DNA from: Mytilus californianus
Lineage: Eukaryota
Direction of reading: 5' to 3'
DNA length: 64,000 nt
NCBI RefSeq assembly: GCF_021869535.1
Contig: NW_026262745.1
Location: 62,001 to 126,000, forward strand
Part shown: one piece after another, positions 22,635 to 36,900 of the stretch
How the letters are laid out: each line of letters opens with the position of its first letter
Numbering within the stretch: position 1 is the stretch's first letter
Notes under the pieces: generated by a model
Databases searched by the model: none
What the model was told of the DNA's origin: nothing
What the model saw: the letters and a program-made list of their open reading frames with translations, nothing else
Program-made: the position numbers and the translations under genes

Positions 22635-25633
22635 CGGGGTTAAACTAGTTTGAAGGCGCCTACCCTTCCCCTAACCTGGGACAGTGGTGTAACAGTACAA
22701 CATAAGAACAAACTGTAAAAATCAGTTGAAAAGGACATTACTCATCAGATAGATACAAAGCAGAAATACATCAAACAAAAGCACAGAGTGGACGTGGCAG
22801 GGTACTTATACATCCCCACAACAAAAAGACACTAAGTACAGATCTGAGAGTACTCGCAGTTACTGACAGCTAGTTCGAAGCCAATAACAACTAATAGAAA
22901 AAAATATATAATTCGTGTAAAGGCAGAGAATCATATAATTAACATGGCAACTGGGGAAAGGATATACATGTTTCTTTTCCAAGAAATGAGCGATAATTGT
23001 ATTCTGAAATAAGACAGCTATGTATCCTTGATATCTTGACTGGTTTCCTGTTTGTCGTCTGATGTTTTCGGTGGAACGGTACAAGACAGCTTTGTTTCCT
23101 TGATATCATTCCTGGTCTCCAAATTGTCGTGTGTCGGGGTTAAACTAGTTTGAAGGCGCCTACCCTTCCCCTAACCTGGGACAGTGGTGTAACAGTACAA
23201 CATAAGAACAAACTGTAAAAATCAGTTGAAAAGGGCATTACTCATCAGATAGATACAAAGCAGAAATACATCAAACAAAAGCACAGAGTGGACGTGGCAG
23301 GGTACTTATACATCCCCACAACAAAAAGACACTAAGTACAGATCTGAGAGTACTCGCAGTTACTGACAGCTAGTTCGAAGCCAACAACAAATAATAGAAA
23401 AAAATATATAATTCGTGTAAAGGCAGAGAATCATATAATTAACATGGCAACTGGGGAAAGGATATACATGTTTCTTTTCCAAGAAATGAGCGATAATTGT
23501 ATTCTGAAATAAGACAGCTATGTATCCTTGATATCTTGACTGGTTTCCTGTTTGTCGTCTGATGTTTTCGGTGGAACGGTACGAGACAGCTTTGTTTCCT
23601 TGATATCATTCCTGGTCTCCAAATTGTCGTGTGTCGGGGTTAAACTAGTTTGAAGGAGCCTACCCTTCCCCTAACCTGGGACAGTGGTGTAACAGTACAA
23701 CATAAGAACAAACTGTAAAAATCAGTTGAAAAGGGCATTACTCATCAGATAGATACAAAGCAGAAATACATCAAACAAAAGCACAGAGTGGACGTGGCAG
23801 GGTACTTATACATCCCCACAACAAAAAGACACTAAGTACAGATCTGAGAGTACTCGCAGTTACTGACAGCTAGTTCAAAGCCAATAACAACTAATAGAAA
23901 AAAATATATAATTCGTGTAAAGGCAGAGAATCATATAATTAACATGGCAACTGGGGAAAGGATATACATGTTTCTTTTCCAAGAAATGAGCGATAATTGT
24001 ATTCTGAAATAAGACAGCTATGTATCCTTGATATCTTGACTGGTTTCCTGTTTGTCGTCTGATGTTTTCGGTGGAACGGTACGAGACAGCTTTGTTTCCT
24101 TGATATCATTCCTGGTCTCCAAATTGTCGTGTGTCGGGGTTAAACTAGTTTGAAGGCGCCTACCCTTCCCCTAACCTGGGACAGTGGTGTAACAGTACAA
24201 CATAAGAACAAACTGTAAAAATCAGTTGAAAAGGGCATTACTCATCAGATAGATACAAAGCAGAAATACATCAAACAAAAGCACAGAGTGGACGTGGCAG
24301 GGTACTTATACATCCCCACAACAAAAAGACACTAAGTACAGATCTGAGAGTTCTCGCAGTTACTGACAGCTAGTTCAAAGCCAATAACAACTAATAGAAA
24401 AAAATATATAATTCGTGTAAAGGCAGAGAATCATATAATTAACATGGCAACTGGGGAAAGGATATACATGTTTCTTTTCCAAGAAATGAGCGATAATTGT
24501 ATTCTGAAATAAGACAGCTATGTATCCTTGATATCTTGACTGGTTTCCTGTTTGTCGTCTGATGTTTTCGGTGGAACGGTACGAGACAGCTTTGTTTCCT
24601 TGATATCATTCCTGGTCTCCAAATTGTCGTGTGTCGGGGTTAAACTAGTTTGAAGGAGCCTACCCTTCCCCTAACCTGGGACAGTGGTGTAACAGTACAA
24701 CATAAGAACAAACTGTAAAAATCAGTTGAAAAGGGCATTACTCATCAGATAGATACAAAGCAGAAATACATCAAACAAAAGCACAGAGTGGACGTGGCAG
24801 GGTACTTATACATCCCCACAACAAAAAGACACTAAGTACAGATCTGAGAGTACTCACAGTTACTGACAGCTAGTTCAAAGCCAATAACAACTAATAGAAA
24901 AAAATATATAATTCGTGTAAAGGCAGAGAATCATATAATTAACATGGCAACTGGGGAAAGGATATACATGTTTCTTTTCCAAGAAATGAGCGATAATTGT
25001 ATTCTGAAATAAGACAGCTATGTATCCTTGATATCTTGACTGGTTTCCTGTTTGTCGTCTGATGTTTTCGGTGGAACGGTACGAGACAGCTTTGTTTCCT
25101 TGATATCATTCCTGGTCTCCAAATTGTCGTGTGTCGGGGTTAAACTAGTTTGAAGGCGCCTACCCTTCCCCTAACCTGGGACAGTGGTGTAACAGTACAA
25201 CATAAGAACAAACTGTAAAAATCAGTTGAAAAGGGCATTACTCATCAGATAGATACAAAGCAGAAATACATCAAACAAAAGCACAGAGTGGACGTGGCAG
25301 GGTACTTATACATCCCCACAACAAAAAGACACTAAGTACAGATCTGAGAGTTCTCGCAGTTACTGACAGCTAGTTCAAAGCCAATAACAACTAATAGAAA
25401 AAAATATATAATTCGTGTAAAGGCAGAGAATCATATAATTAACATGGCAACTGGGGAAAGGATATACATGTTTCTTTTCCAAGAAATGAGCGATAATTGT
25501 ATTCTGAAATAAGACAGCTATGTATCCTTGATATCTTGACTGGTTTCCTGTTTGTCGTCTGATGTTTTCGGTGGAACGGTACGAGACAGCTTTGTTTCCT
25601 TGATATCATTCCTGGTCTCCAAATTGTCGTGTG
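22635..25633. repeat. Six-copy tandem array with an exact 500-bp period (SINE-like 3' part plus captured flank)
   Basis: CGGGGTTAAACTAGTTTG at 22635, 23135, 23635, 24135, 24635 and 25135, with only a handful of SNPs between units. The first ~275 bp of each unit is homologous to the dispersed repeat seen in reverse at ~59930-60320. Confidence 0.97.
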
Positions 25634-28277
25634 ATGTTTTCTGTGGAACGGTAGTGACAAAAACATTTTGTGTGTAGAAAACTGAGTACATCGTTCGCAA
25701 TTAGAAAATGAATCATGTATGCATAAGTCTTAGATTGTCTACAAAATAGGATAACGGTCAAAATCATTAAACTTACGTATATTTCTAAAGAAAATGAAAA
25801 ACAAAAGACTTTATAAGTGTGGCCATGCAGATATTTAACAGACTGATGCTGTAGGTCCTTGGTTATCATTCGATAGTGATTGAAATTTTAAACGGGACAT
25901 GATTATCCCAAAGGCCCAACAGATATATTTGCTCCACCTTTACCTATGTCAGGACGGGCAGATATGACGACCTTATTAACATTTTCGATGTGACAACCGA
26001 TAAAAAGAAAACGTTCAACTTGAACACCCGTCTTTAAAAATAACTCCAAAGTAACAAGTTATTGTCGATTCGCATCCCAAATATAGACATGATAGACAAC
26101 CGTTCGGAAATAAATACAAGGCATAACGCTTTGGTCATGTTGGTTCCGATCCTTATGGACGAACAGTCATGCTGCCGTATTTATCCCTACTTTATTATTA
26201 AAAGTATCGATTAGCCTGGAGGTGCTGTTATGGTTTTTAAAAGGTTTTTTAAAAGTATAAATACTTACGTAGATGTTTCACTGTACAAGCTAATGTCATA
26301 AATAAGGACGTTCACCTGTGACCTCTCAAGAAACCTTGTATTTATTTTTATATACGCGATAATTGAGGGTCAGGATGGGTTCTGTAATCTTTAATTTTTT
26401 AGGCCATTTTTCTCTATTCTTTATACTTTTTGCCCATTATGCTCTATTCTTTATATTTTAACACCTCATTATATATTCTCTATTCTTTATTTTTTTTGCC
26501 CATTATTCTCTATTCTGTAAACACATTCCACACTCTCATAACGGGGGAGATAGCATCCTGGTCAACTTACTTAATACCATAGATGTATATAATATACAGC
26601 TATGTTAATACTAATGCGGGGCAAAGTTTCACACTGGGATGTGATGCTAGCATTACAAAACTATCAGTAAATGCTCATTAAGTATGTGTTTGTACCATAT
26701 ACTGCCTTTCAGCGCAAAGGTCACAACAAATAGGCTATGTTGACTATTTATAGATACAAATGTTTTTATATCGACCAAAAAATCTGTGTATTTTAAACAC
26801 ATATAAAGTTTGTATTATACAGTAAATTAAATTTTAAGAAATGATCAGAAAATAAATGAATAAATATTAAAATATAGATAGATAAATAAATAAATAAATT
26901 GCAATTTCACGAAATATCTCCAAATGAGGTATATTTCTCCAAAACGAATGACATTGATGAAATTGCACCTTTTTCTCCCTTTGATAGTGTCAAGATCTGT
27001 GTGTTGCTCCATAATAATTCCATTTAATTAGTGGTTTAGATGGTTTTTCAATAGTTTTATTTGATGACTATGCAGAAGCACCAGGCTTGGTATGGAAAAC
27101 TTTGGTAAAGTGATGTTTAAATGGAGGTTTCTTCAAATAATCATGCGTTTTCTTGGAGGGGGAGGCCTAGGGTGTAAGTAGTTTTTCTTTTTTGAAACAA
27201 TGAGTAGTCATTTTCAACTTTGGGAGAAAAGCAATATACATGTATTTTTAACACTTTATACTACATGAATATCTACTTAAACAGTATTCTAAGGCGGTGA
27301 GGTATAATTGCCTTAGAGACAAATAGGAGCCCAAATTGTTGTGGATGAAAGACGTAAGCAACAGGAAACTCAATTTTAGCAATTTCTTCAAACATTTATA
27401 TTGGTCAGAATATTTATGTGTATTAAAAACTAGATTGGATTTTCATTTCTCGTTTCAGCATTTTTTTAAGCAGTGGCTGTACCTTTCCGGTTACTATTTA
27501 TGTGTTGTGTATTATGTATCATAACACTTTATAGTTACTGGACAGGTTGAACTTAAGCGACGAAGCATCCAAACAGCACCAGATCATTTGCGATTCCAGC
27601 TGATTTCAGATTAGTAATTAATGATAAAAAAAGTTAAAAAGCTCTAGCTCATGTAACCGATTTTATTAAATGATCGATAGATATTAAATACAGAAAAAAG
27701 ACACAAGCTTAACAATGATCCTAATAAAGAAAATGTAAGTTTTGTGAATGAACTGAAAATAGATCATGACATGATGTGCCGCCGCATGGGAAGTTGCATA
27801 CAGCAAGGCCAGTGATATTGACAATATCCAGTACAGTACAGATGAAAGAGACCAGTATTGATAATTGAAATAAATTTTTTAAAGATTTTGCATTGTTATC
27901 AAAGCGGTGCATGTATTATTGTATGTAAGAAGCTGGGGAAGACAGATCTCCTTATGATATCTTATATATTTAATGCCAATATATACCTTAACTAAACACT
28001 GGGGTTTGTCATAGACACAAAATTATAATGCAGGCTTACAGATTTCATATGAAGCACCTTAATAAAGTGCAGTCACCAATCCGAATTGTAGAGTAAGTCA
28101 ATAATATCAATTAAGCAGGCTATGGTGTTAAGCTTACCTACAGTAACTCCAAACACTCTTTGATACAATATCATATTGTATATTACTGTTTCATGTATTT
28201 GTATTTTTGTAATTCATCACAATAATAATCACCAGTTTTAGATTTATGCGCTTTTTCTATATTTTTTTTATATAAAT

Positions 28278-28762
28278 AACAAGTGAAACTGCGAGCCACT
28301 GCTCACCGATGATACCCCCGCCGCAAGTGGATAATTTTGATAGTGTAAAAATATGTAAGTGTTCAGTAAACAGGAAGTTGTTGAGTGATGAATCTGAAAA
28401 CGCATCACACGGTATAGCTGACGTATATAAACCCTGAAACCAAATTTCAGAAATCCTTGTAATGTAGTTCCTGAGAAAAATGTGACGAAAATTTTCAACT
28501 TGGATGTCATGTGTAAAATGATGTAAGTGTTCGGTTAACAGGAATTTGTTGAGTGATGAGTCTGAAAACGCATCACACGGTATAGCTGACTTACATAAAC
28601 CCTGAAACCAAATTTCAGAAATCCTTATGGCGTAGTTCCTGAGAAAGATGAGACGAAAAATATTCATGGGACGGAATGACGGACGGACGGACGGATGGAA
28701 GGACAGACGGACAGACAGATGTAAAACAGTATACCCCCACTTTTTTAAAGCGGGGGTATAAT
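28278..28762 (+). mobile_element. pearl/HINE-like element with two 168-bp core repeats and an (ACGG)n microsatellite
   Basis: AACAAG start; subterminal inverted repeat ATACCCCCGC (28312-28321) / GCGGGGGTAT (28750-28759); 3' hairpin; core repeats start at 28353 and 28521. Confidence 0.9.
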
Positions 28763-29034
28763 AAACAAACACCAAATATTCGACTTTTTATTTAAATGAT
28801 AATAGCTTTTTCAATTGAGAGATTAAACTTAAGTCACCTAGTCAAATATATAAAAAAAAAATCACAAGGAACAAAGATATCAGCCTTTAAACAAAACAAC
28901 CACCGGGTTTTTACAGAAACAGATGCCAGCATCAAAAGAAGACAGATCCCAGCATCTAAAGAAAATGACTCAGCAAAAAAAGGGGTCAAAACAATCATTT
29001 TTCTAGTTTCCTGAAAAGAAAATAATCTTCAAAA

Positions 29035-29262
29035 TTTCAAAACAAAATTTGGGGGGTTTCAAAAAAGTTTGGGGGGGGGGGGGGGGGGGGGGGTGTTTCA
29101 TATTTTGTATCAGAAACCTATATTATGTAAAAGACTTGATCACAATCCAAATTTAGACAGTATCAAGCTTGAATATTATGTCCAAACTTGCCCCAACTGT
29201 TCAGGGTTCGACCTCTGCGGTTGTAACAGGCTGCGCTCGGCGAAGCATTTTATTTTTTATGG
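29035..29262 (-). mobile_element. Internally deleted, truncated copy of the 4038-7187 element
   Basis: The reverse complement matches ~4038-4195 and then runs directly into the poly-C/AAATTTTTTGAACCCCC segment found at ~6440-6470. Confidence 0.75.
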
Positions 29263-29358
29263 GATGCAAGCATCCAAACAAAAGGTATGTCAAAGTCTAT
29301 ATATATATATATATATTAGATGCCAGCGTCCAAATGCTGGTGTGTTCAATATAGATAT

Positions 29359-29680
29359 AAGAAGATGTGGTATGAGTGCCAATGAGACAACTCTCCATCC
29401 AAGTCAAAATTTATAAAAGTAAACCATTATAGGTCAAAGTACGGTCTTCAACACGGAGCCTTGGCTCACACCGAACAGCAAGCTATAAAGGGCCCCAAAA
29501 ATTACTAGTGTAAAACCATTCAAACGGGAAAACCAACGGTCTAATCTATATAAAAAACGAGAAACACTTATGAACCACATCAACAAACGACAACTACTGA
29601 ACATCAGAATCCTTACTTAGGACAGGTGCAAACAATTGCAGCGGGTTTAAACGTTTTAATGGTACCAAACCTTCACCCTT
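29359..29680 (+). repeat. Abundant interspersed repeat (GAAGATGTGGTATGAGTGCCAATGAGACAACTCTCCATCCAAGTCA family)
   Basis: Other copies: 34383-34726 (-), 42365-42592 (-), 61672-61936 (+); fragments at ~36003-36055 (-) and ~52290-52352 (-). Confidence 0.9.
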
Positions 29681-31796
29681 CATCCTAGAACTTTATAAGG
29701 TCATATCAGCATCATGCAAAGAAGAAGATGCTATTTCCATATTTTTTTTAATTAACCACCAACGCATTTTTAAAATATTCTGTATACAAAAAAGAAAGTT
29801 GTTAATTGTATGAAACAACATCTCAACCACAAAAGGTATTGAAAAATTTATATAGGCATCCCATATTTTTTAGAACCAAAAATATTTGTTCAGCAGAATC
29901 TGCTACCCATAGAGATGAAATGAATTCGTATGCTTGAGAGTAAGATTACATTTGCTGATACTATAAAAAAAAACAAAACAATTTAATGGAAAACATAATA
30001 AAAACCTAACTTTTTCACAGAACATGGTGAAATTTCGAAGAAATAACACATGCTCATAAAAATTCTAAAGATATCAATAAACAGCATATGAGAATATAAA
30101 AGTTTAGCTGATAACCTATTTTGTGCAGTATATGTAACAAATCGTTTTGTTCAAAACACTATCATACATGAAATTGAATATTATATCTGTAGTCGTGTTT
30201 ACCTTGTATTCAAATAAAACACAAACACGTTGTATAGGTCTATGGTTCTTTTATTTCATCAGAATTGATGTAAATATTCTAAGTGAAAAGTGACCCTGAA
30301 ATAATAACAAATATAATTCTTATACAATTCAATCGGTAATAATCAATTACTATAAAATCAATATATCTATATGCATACAAGAAAACTGTGTAGATTTCTT
30401 TTGCTCTTTAAAATAATAGTTTTACAAGCTACACAAAACGATATTACACCATTTCGAATTCTGTATTAAATGATTACATAATATATTTCTCTGTATTTCG
30501 TGCATGGAAAAATATGCAACGACGGACTAAGTTCACAGCTAAATACATAGCTACGCTTGTAGTATCATACCAGAAATAGTTAGTTAAACATAATAATACA
30601 ACGCAATTGTAAGTGCAAACAAGACATTACGTATTGGCAACGGTTACACAAAGCAGATAATACATTTAAGCAAAGCAACATAAAAATAACATGAACATTA
30701 CAAACTGTATACATATAAACATACCTCAGATGTAGTGCAAAGGTCTTTGCTTCACCAACTGATTGGTTTGAATCAGTTTACATTCTTTACAATATATGTA
30801 ATACCTGAAGACAAAATATTAAAATTATAAAAACCTTATGCAATACTGCTAGATTAAACAGAATTATCTCCCCTTAAATCTGGTTAATCAAATATTTACT
30901 TGTATTAACTTTATAGAAGTATAAAATCTTTTAACGCTCACTCATACAAACTGTTAAAATAGATTATATATTACTGTTACTAGAAATTTAAGTATAAATT
31001 ATACTTTTATCAGTTTTATGCAGATTTTATATATTTTACTAAATCTTACAAATAAAACTATATTATCAAGTTTACCTTTATTACTTTATATGTTATCGTG
31101 AATAGTTTACACATATATTTACTTTTTAATCAATTTAAATCATACACCTTTCATAATACTGACACCTACTTATTCAATTCTACACTTATATATCACACAC
31201 TCTTAGATAAAAAAACTGCAATGTTAATGTAATGAATAAATTAGTAATAAACTGACCTTATATAAGAATATGATAGTCCTAGACTATTTCAAAAGTAAAG
31301 ATATAACAACTTCCAAATGAGCTGAAGAAAATGGCTACCACTTCATATCAAGACTTTAGCCAACTGTCCAAAACAAAGAAAAGTTAAACAAAAGATTCCC
31401 TCCTAAATCATACAATTCCCTCCTAAAACAATTGAAAAGATATTAATCAATAGGTAATGTTCTACCTGAATAAACTAGCAGACTACAAATTATAATAACT
31501 GTAAATAGAATATATCAAGTATATATTCTAATAACATAAAACCTTAATTAATGTAAAACATAAAAATATAGCTCTACCACATATCCAGAACAATACAAGA
31601 CATAGAGGTGTATACGAATGAAAGTTATGATAGATCCGAATTTTATTCAGAATGCACCAATAAGAAACTGTAGTTTTTCTTCAATTTATTTACCTAAAAC
31701 TATTAAATAAGCTGCAAAATTATTAGTATATGTACGACTACATTGCATTAGGCAATGGAAATCAACAATGTATATTTATATAAACGATAAAACTTG

Positions 31797-31827
<31 letters not shown>

Positions 31828-32004
31828 GAATGACATTATATAATTAAAATGTCAATTGTTCTTGAACAATTGAGAGGTCTTTCCTTTTCGTAATGTAAAA
31901 TATATGTTTCAATAGACGTAGAATGCATTGAAAAGCTAAAAAAAACCACATACAACCCTTAAAATATGACAAAAAACACATAATCCGCTATATGCAAAAT
32001 GACC

Positions 32005-33030
32005 TTGACTTTTGACCTTTGTCAAGGTATTTGGTCCACAATGTCAGTATAAAAGACCCCATGGGTCTAGACCCTTTGGTTCAAGAGTTAAGGCTAATTT
32101 TGTCTTTTCAGAAACAGTTAATAGGGGTTATGCCCCTTACGGACAGGTAAAATCTCTTCTGTCAAATATAAAAAAGTTGCGCCTTAGTCACCTAAACATT
32201 TTTCACTATTTACTTTTTTTTTTAAGTATAATCGTTTTTGAGATATCCAATAAAAAGTTGTAAGGTCAAAGGTCAAGGTCAAACTTAAAAAGCTTGAAAA
32301 CACTAAAAATCCTTTATATAAGGTTAAAAACACTTAATTCGCTTTCTGGGACATGACCTTGACCTTTGACCTTGTGACCTTTCTCAAAGTCATTGGTCCC
32401 TTATGTCATTGCTGTTGACCCCATGGGGCTAGGACCTTTGGTTATATAGTAAAAGCTGCGATTGCCTTTTCAGAAACCTAAAACAGGGGTTATGCCCCTT
32501 ACAGAAAGGTCAAATCTCTTTGATCAAATGTAAAAAAAGTTGCGACTTTATGACCCAAACATTTTTCACTATTTACTATTTCTGTAAGATTAACCGTTTT
32601 TGAGATATCCAATAAAAAAGCTGTAAGGTCAAAGGTCAAGGTCAACCTTAAAAAGCTTTAAAAGACACTAAAAATCCCTTAAATAAGGTCAAAAACACAT
32701 AATTCGCTCTCTGGGATATGACCTTGACCTTTGACCTTGTGACCTTTGGCAAGGTCATTGGTCCCAAATGTCATTGTTGAAGTCCCCATGGATCTAGGAC
32801 CTTTGGTTATATAGTAAAAGCTGATTTTGTCTTTTCATAAACCTAAAACAGGGGTTATGCCCCTTACAGAAAGGTCAAATCTCTTCGGTCAAAATGTAAC
32901 AAAGTTGCGCCTTAATGACCCAAACATTTTCCACTATTCAAAACTTCTGTAAGTATAATGGTTTCTGAGATTATCCCATAACAAGGTGTAAGGTCAAAGG
33001 TCAAGGTCGACATACAAATTTGACCTTGAG
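32005..33030. repeat. ~364-bp tandem repeat (~2.8 copies) rich in TGACCTTGACCTTTGA motifs, probably the core of a Helentron-type element
   Basis: GTCAAAGGTCAAGGTC anchor at ~32265, 32628 and 32993. Confidence 0.85.
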
Positions 33031-33912
33031 GCATTTTCAAAGTCACATGAATTGATGATCATTGGTGAAGATCCTAGGTGGCTACGACTTACGGTTTCTG
33101 AGTTTTGGTGGCCAACCGACACCGGTTAATTTTCAAAGGGGCATAACCCTACCAATGAGTCGTTGAATCTTTTCGATCCAAATGTAACGAAGAACCGGGG
33201 TCTGGTCCTGAACAAATTTCACCCTTTGCTTTTTTTCTACCTATTACGGTTACGGTGTTTGAATGATAACAAGGTTTTTAGGTTTCGGAGGGATAACTCT
33301 GGACCGACAAAATTTTACGACTCACAGGGTGAGTTCCGGATAGGTGTTTGTGACACCGATACATAGTGTGAACCTGAAAGCAACATGGCTTACGGTTACG
33401 GAGGTTTTGGAAAAGGAAAGACCTTAATTAGGTTATATCAAAATTATGAAAAACTCCAAGTAGATTTACATGTACAAGTACATTGTAACACCCTATAAAA
33501 AGCCTCTCAATATTACAAACAAAAGGGTAATTAACTATTTCTTCATATCCCTGGACGAAATAGAAGTAATATATTGTCAATAAGTAAATAAAGATATTAG
33601 ATTCTTACCTCTTTTAAATATGATATGCTTTCATGGCTTTATAAACAAATGAGTGAAACAAAACAAATGCGTTTGGTGCATTAATTAGACCGAACTATAA
33701 ACGAATTCAATATCTGCAATATATCTCTGACAAAACAACTGACACTGCAAGAACGACGTTTCACATACTACACATTCACGACATTTAAATTGCATTTTTA
33801 GCAGATTACTGATCCAAAACACTTGTGTGTTGATGTGCGTTGATGTGTGTATGGATTATTGTGTATAAAACACGTGGAGATCTAAACTACATAATTTTTA
33901 TGCACTGACATA

Positions 33913-36900
33913 ATGGCAGAGCCTGAAACAGAAATCCTGGAAATAACAGCAAATGAAGACACCGGGTTACACAGAGTTGTAGATTTTAATGCTAAATATT
34001 ATAAACAGAAAACAGACGAAAAGATTTGCGACAGAATTAAAAAATATGCTAAGAAATACTCATCAATAAATTACATGAAGTCATGTTTGTTTTCTAATGT
34101 GCCTATAATACGGAACCTTAGAAAATATAACTTACAGAAATACTTAGTGAGTGATATTCTCTCTGGAATTACAGTCGGCATCATGCAGATACCTCAAGGT
34201 ATGTCAGTTAACCACATTGTACAGAAACGGTATTACATGTATATTGTATATTTTGGGTCGTAAAAGAGGGGAGGAATAGATGCATGATCAAGGAAAAAAG
34301 AAAGTATGATCTCGTGTTTGTTTGCCTCTTTTTAAAAGTTGCACGAGCAAATTAACATGATGGAAATCTTATTATGTTGTAATGTTACACTACTGTCTCA
34401 GGTTAGGGTGAGGGTTGGCGCCTGTTAAAAGTTTAAACCCGATGCATTTTTATGCACCTGTCCTAAGTCAGGAGCCTGTTGTTCAGTGGTTGTCGTTTGT
34501 TGGTGTGGTTCATAAGTGTTTCTCGTCTTTTATATAGATTGGACCGTTGGTTTTCCTGTTTGAATTGTTTTACACTAGTCATTTTGGGGCCCTTTATAGC
34601 TTGCTGTTCGGTGTGAGCCAAGGCTCCATGTTGAAGGCCGTACTTTGACCTATAATTGTTAACTTTTTATACATTGTGACTTGGATGGAGAGTTGTCTCA
34701 TTGGCACTCATACCACATCTTCTTATTTATAATTACACTTTGTACGAATATAACTTTTGGCCATCCACTTTATATAGAAAATGAAAGGATATGGAGTAAA
34801 TGTACATGGGACAAAATCGCACACAATACATAGAAAAAATAGAAAATTATCAATGAACAGGGCTTTTATTCCTGTTCTTGATCTTGACAGTTGATGTAGG
34901 GTCTTCAACAATGAACGAATAATTCATACCCTACAACAATGTCAAGACGGCCCCTAGCGTCGACTTAAGCGGTACTATTGATAAAAATAAACCATAGTTC
35001 ACCTTCTTGCTCCCCACCCGCCAGGAGTGCCAACTTGTGCGATGCTTGTGTACGACGGTTCTCCAGTCGAAAGCACCAGGGATACAAGAAAAGTGCAGTG
35101 AATTAATTTTGAAAGACATCGATCGCCGCTAAAATATGCCTTGGTGTTACACATGACAGGAGCGGTCAATGAATTACATAATTTATAATTACGGGCGAGG
35201 TTTTTCATCATATATTTGTCATACATTGCCCAACAAAAGACCAATAATTTCGAAACAACAAATTATAGACAATACATATAAAACTAAAAAAAACCAAATG
35301 ATAGACAGCACGGGGCACATCGAAATATATGTAAGAAAACCTAGCAATTTGAAATAGTATGAAAGGGCAATATACAAAACAGATGACCAGAACAGTATTT
35401 TGAAGAAATTTAACCAAACATGAAATTTTGACGGTGTATTGATATGAGAAATTCTGACATGAACAAGCACACCATAACTGTAAATATTATAAGAGATTAC
35501 ACCTCAAGCACGGGGAAACGTTCTACTGCCTCCACACAGCACTAGAGACAAACTCTAGAATCAATAGAAAATGAAAGGATATGGAGTAAATGTACATGGG
35601 ACAAAATCGTACACAATACATAGAAAACATAGAAAATTATCAATGAACAGGGCTTTTATTCCTGTTCTTCATCTTGACAGTTGATATGCATCGACAAAAC
35701 AGTTGCTTACTTTTAAATAGATTACCAGCAGCGGTGTCGACTAGGTGGTAGTGAGCAATTACATGTATTTGACCACTATGCGCAAAAAACGTGTTTCTTG
35801 AATATCATTCTTTGACATCAAATTTGTTATTTATTTTGGGTACAGTATACAAAATAACAGTCAAACTAAAATTTAACGTTAGACATTTGCCAAATTTGCT
35901 GTTCCAGAGTTATGCCTAACGGATACTCGCCTGATAGCAAAACATTAATGTTTAAAATTATATAATTAAACAATACTTTTTAAATATTTTTTACACGTTG
36001 TGATTTGGATGGAGAGTTGTCTCATTGGCACTCATACCACATCTTCTTATTTCTATTTTGAACACTTCATATATATTCTAAACAAAATCGACTTTTAATT
36101 TGAAATATATCAGCTTTGTATTTCGAAGGTAATGTTCCTTAATAAAGCGAAATTTGGAGATTTTATGTTTCTTCTTTAGACTAGATGCATAAATATGATT
36201 TTAGGAACAATATTGATACTAATAATGTGTCACGAAATATCTACTAGAGTACAATTTTGAAATTTTTTTTGGTGCATTTCGCCTCTTTATAATTATATAT
36301 TATGGCTTATAATGCTAAAGTCAAGCATCGAAATTTGTTATACAAAGACCGTATGTCCATGGGTGCTCTTTACTTTTATGTTTAACTGTAAACAGACAAC
36401 GGACCCCAAACGATGGTAACTAATACACGTCGGTTAAATCAGTAAATACAAATTCAACAATACAGAAAGTAAAAATTGTTTTTTACTCCATTATTTATGA
36501 CGTCTTTTACAAAATTTAGTCTTCATTATAGAATGTTAGATAGAGACGCTCGCCGCCTGCTTATGTCCCTGTCAAATATTATATCTTTGTTTGATGTATA
36601 ATACAATATTACGTCCGAGCTACTCGGCAAATTTAAATCAAAATGATCAATAACTGATGCTGATAAATTATGGAGATTAATAAATGTTTTAACAAGCTGT
36701 TGGAAATTCACCCATTAAAACAAACTTGTCTTTTATGTTTTCAAAATGCAATTAAATCTAGACTTAAAAGCCCGTGTTAGTTGTAAACCACAACATACAG
36801 AATGACCTTATTGCTCTTTCTACAATGTAAAATATGAAACTTAATAACATTGTACTATTTCAGGCGTGACCCGGCTTTGGATTGTGAAAACACTGCCATC

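Noticed and set aside
22635-25633. CRISPR-like or multi-copy coding array
   Set aside because: The units are near-identical 500-bp tandem copies with no unique spacers, the context is eukaryotic, and the short ORFs in it have no recognisable homology.
28257-28775. 172-aa minus-strand ORF
   Set aside because: It is the antisense reading of a pearl/HINE element; the internal peptide repeat mirrors the 168-bp core repeats and the ACGG microsatellite.
29200-29220. GGTTCGACC B-box-like motif suggesting a tRNA
   Set aside because: No cloverleaf or matching A-box context; it lies in the 5' module of a Helentron-type repeat.
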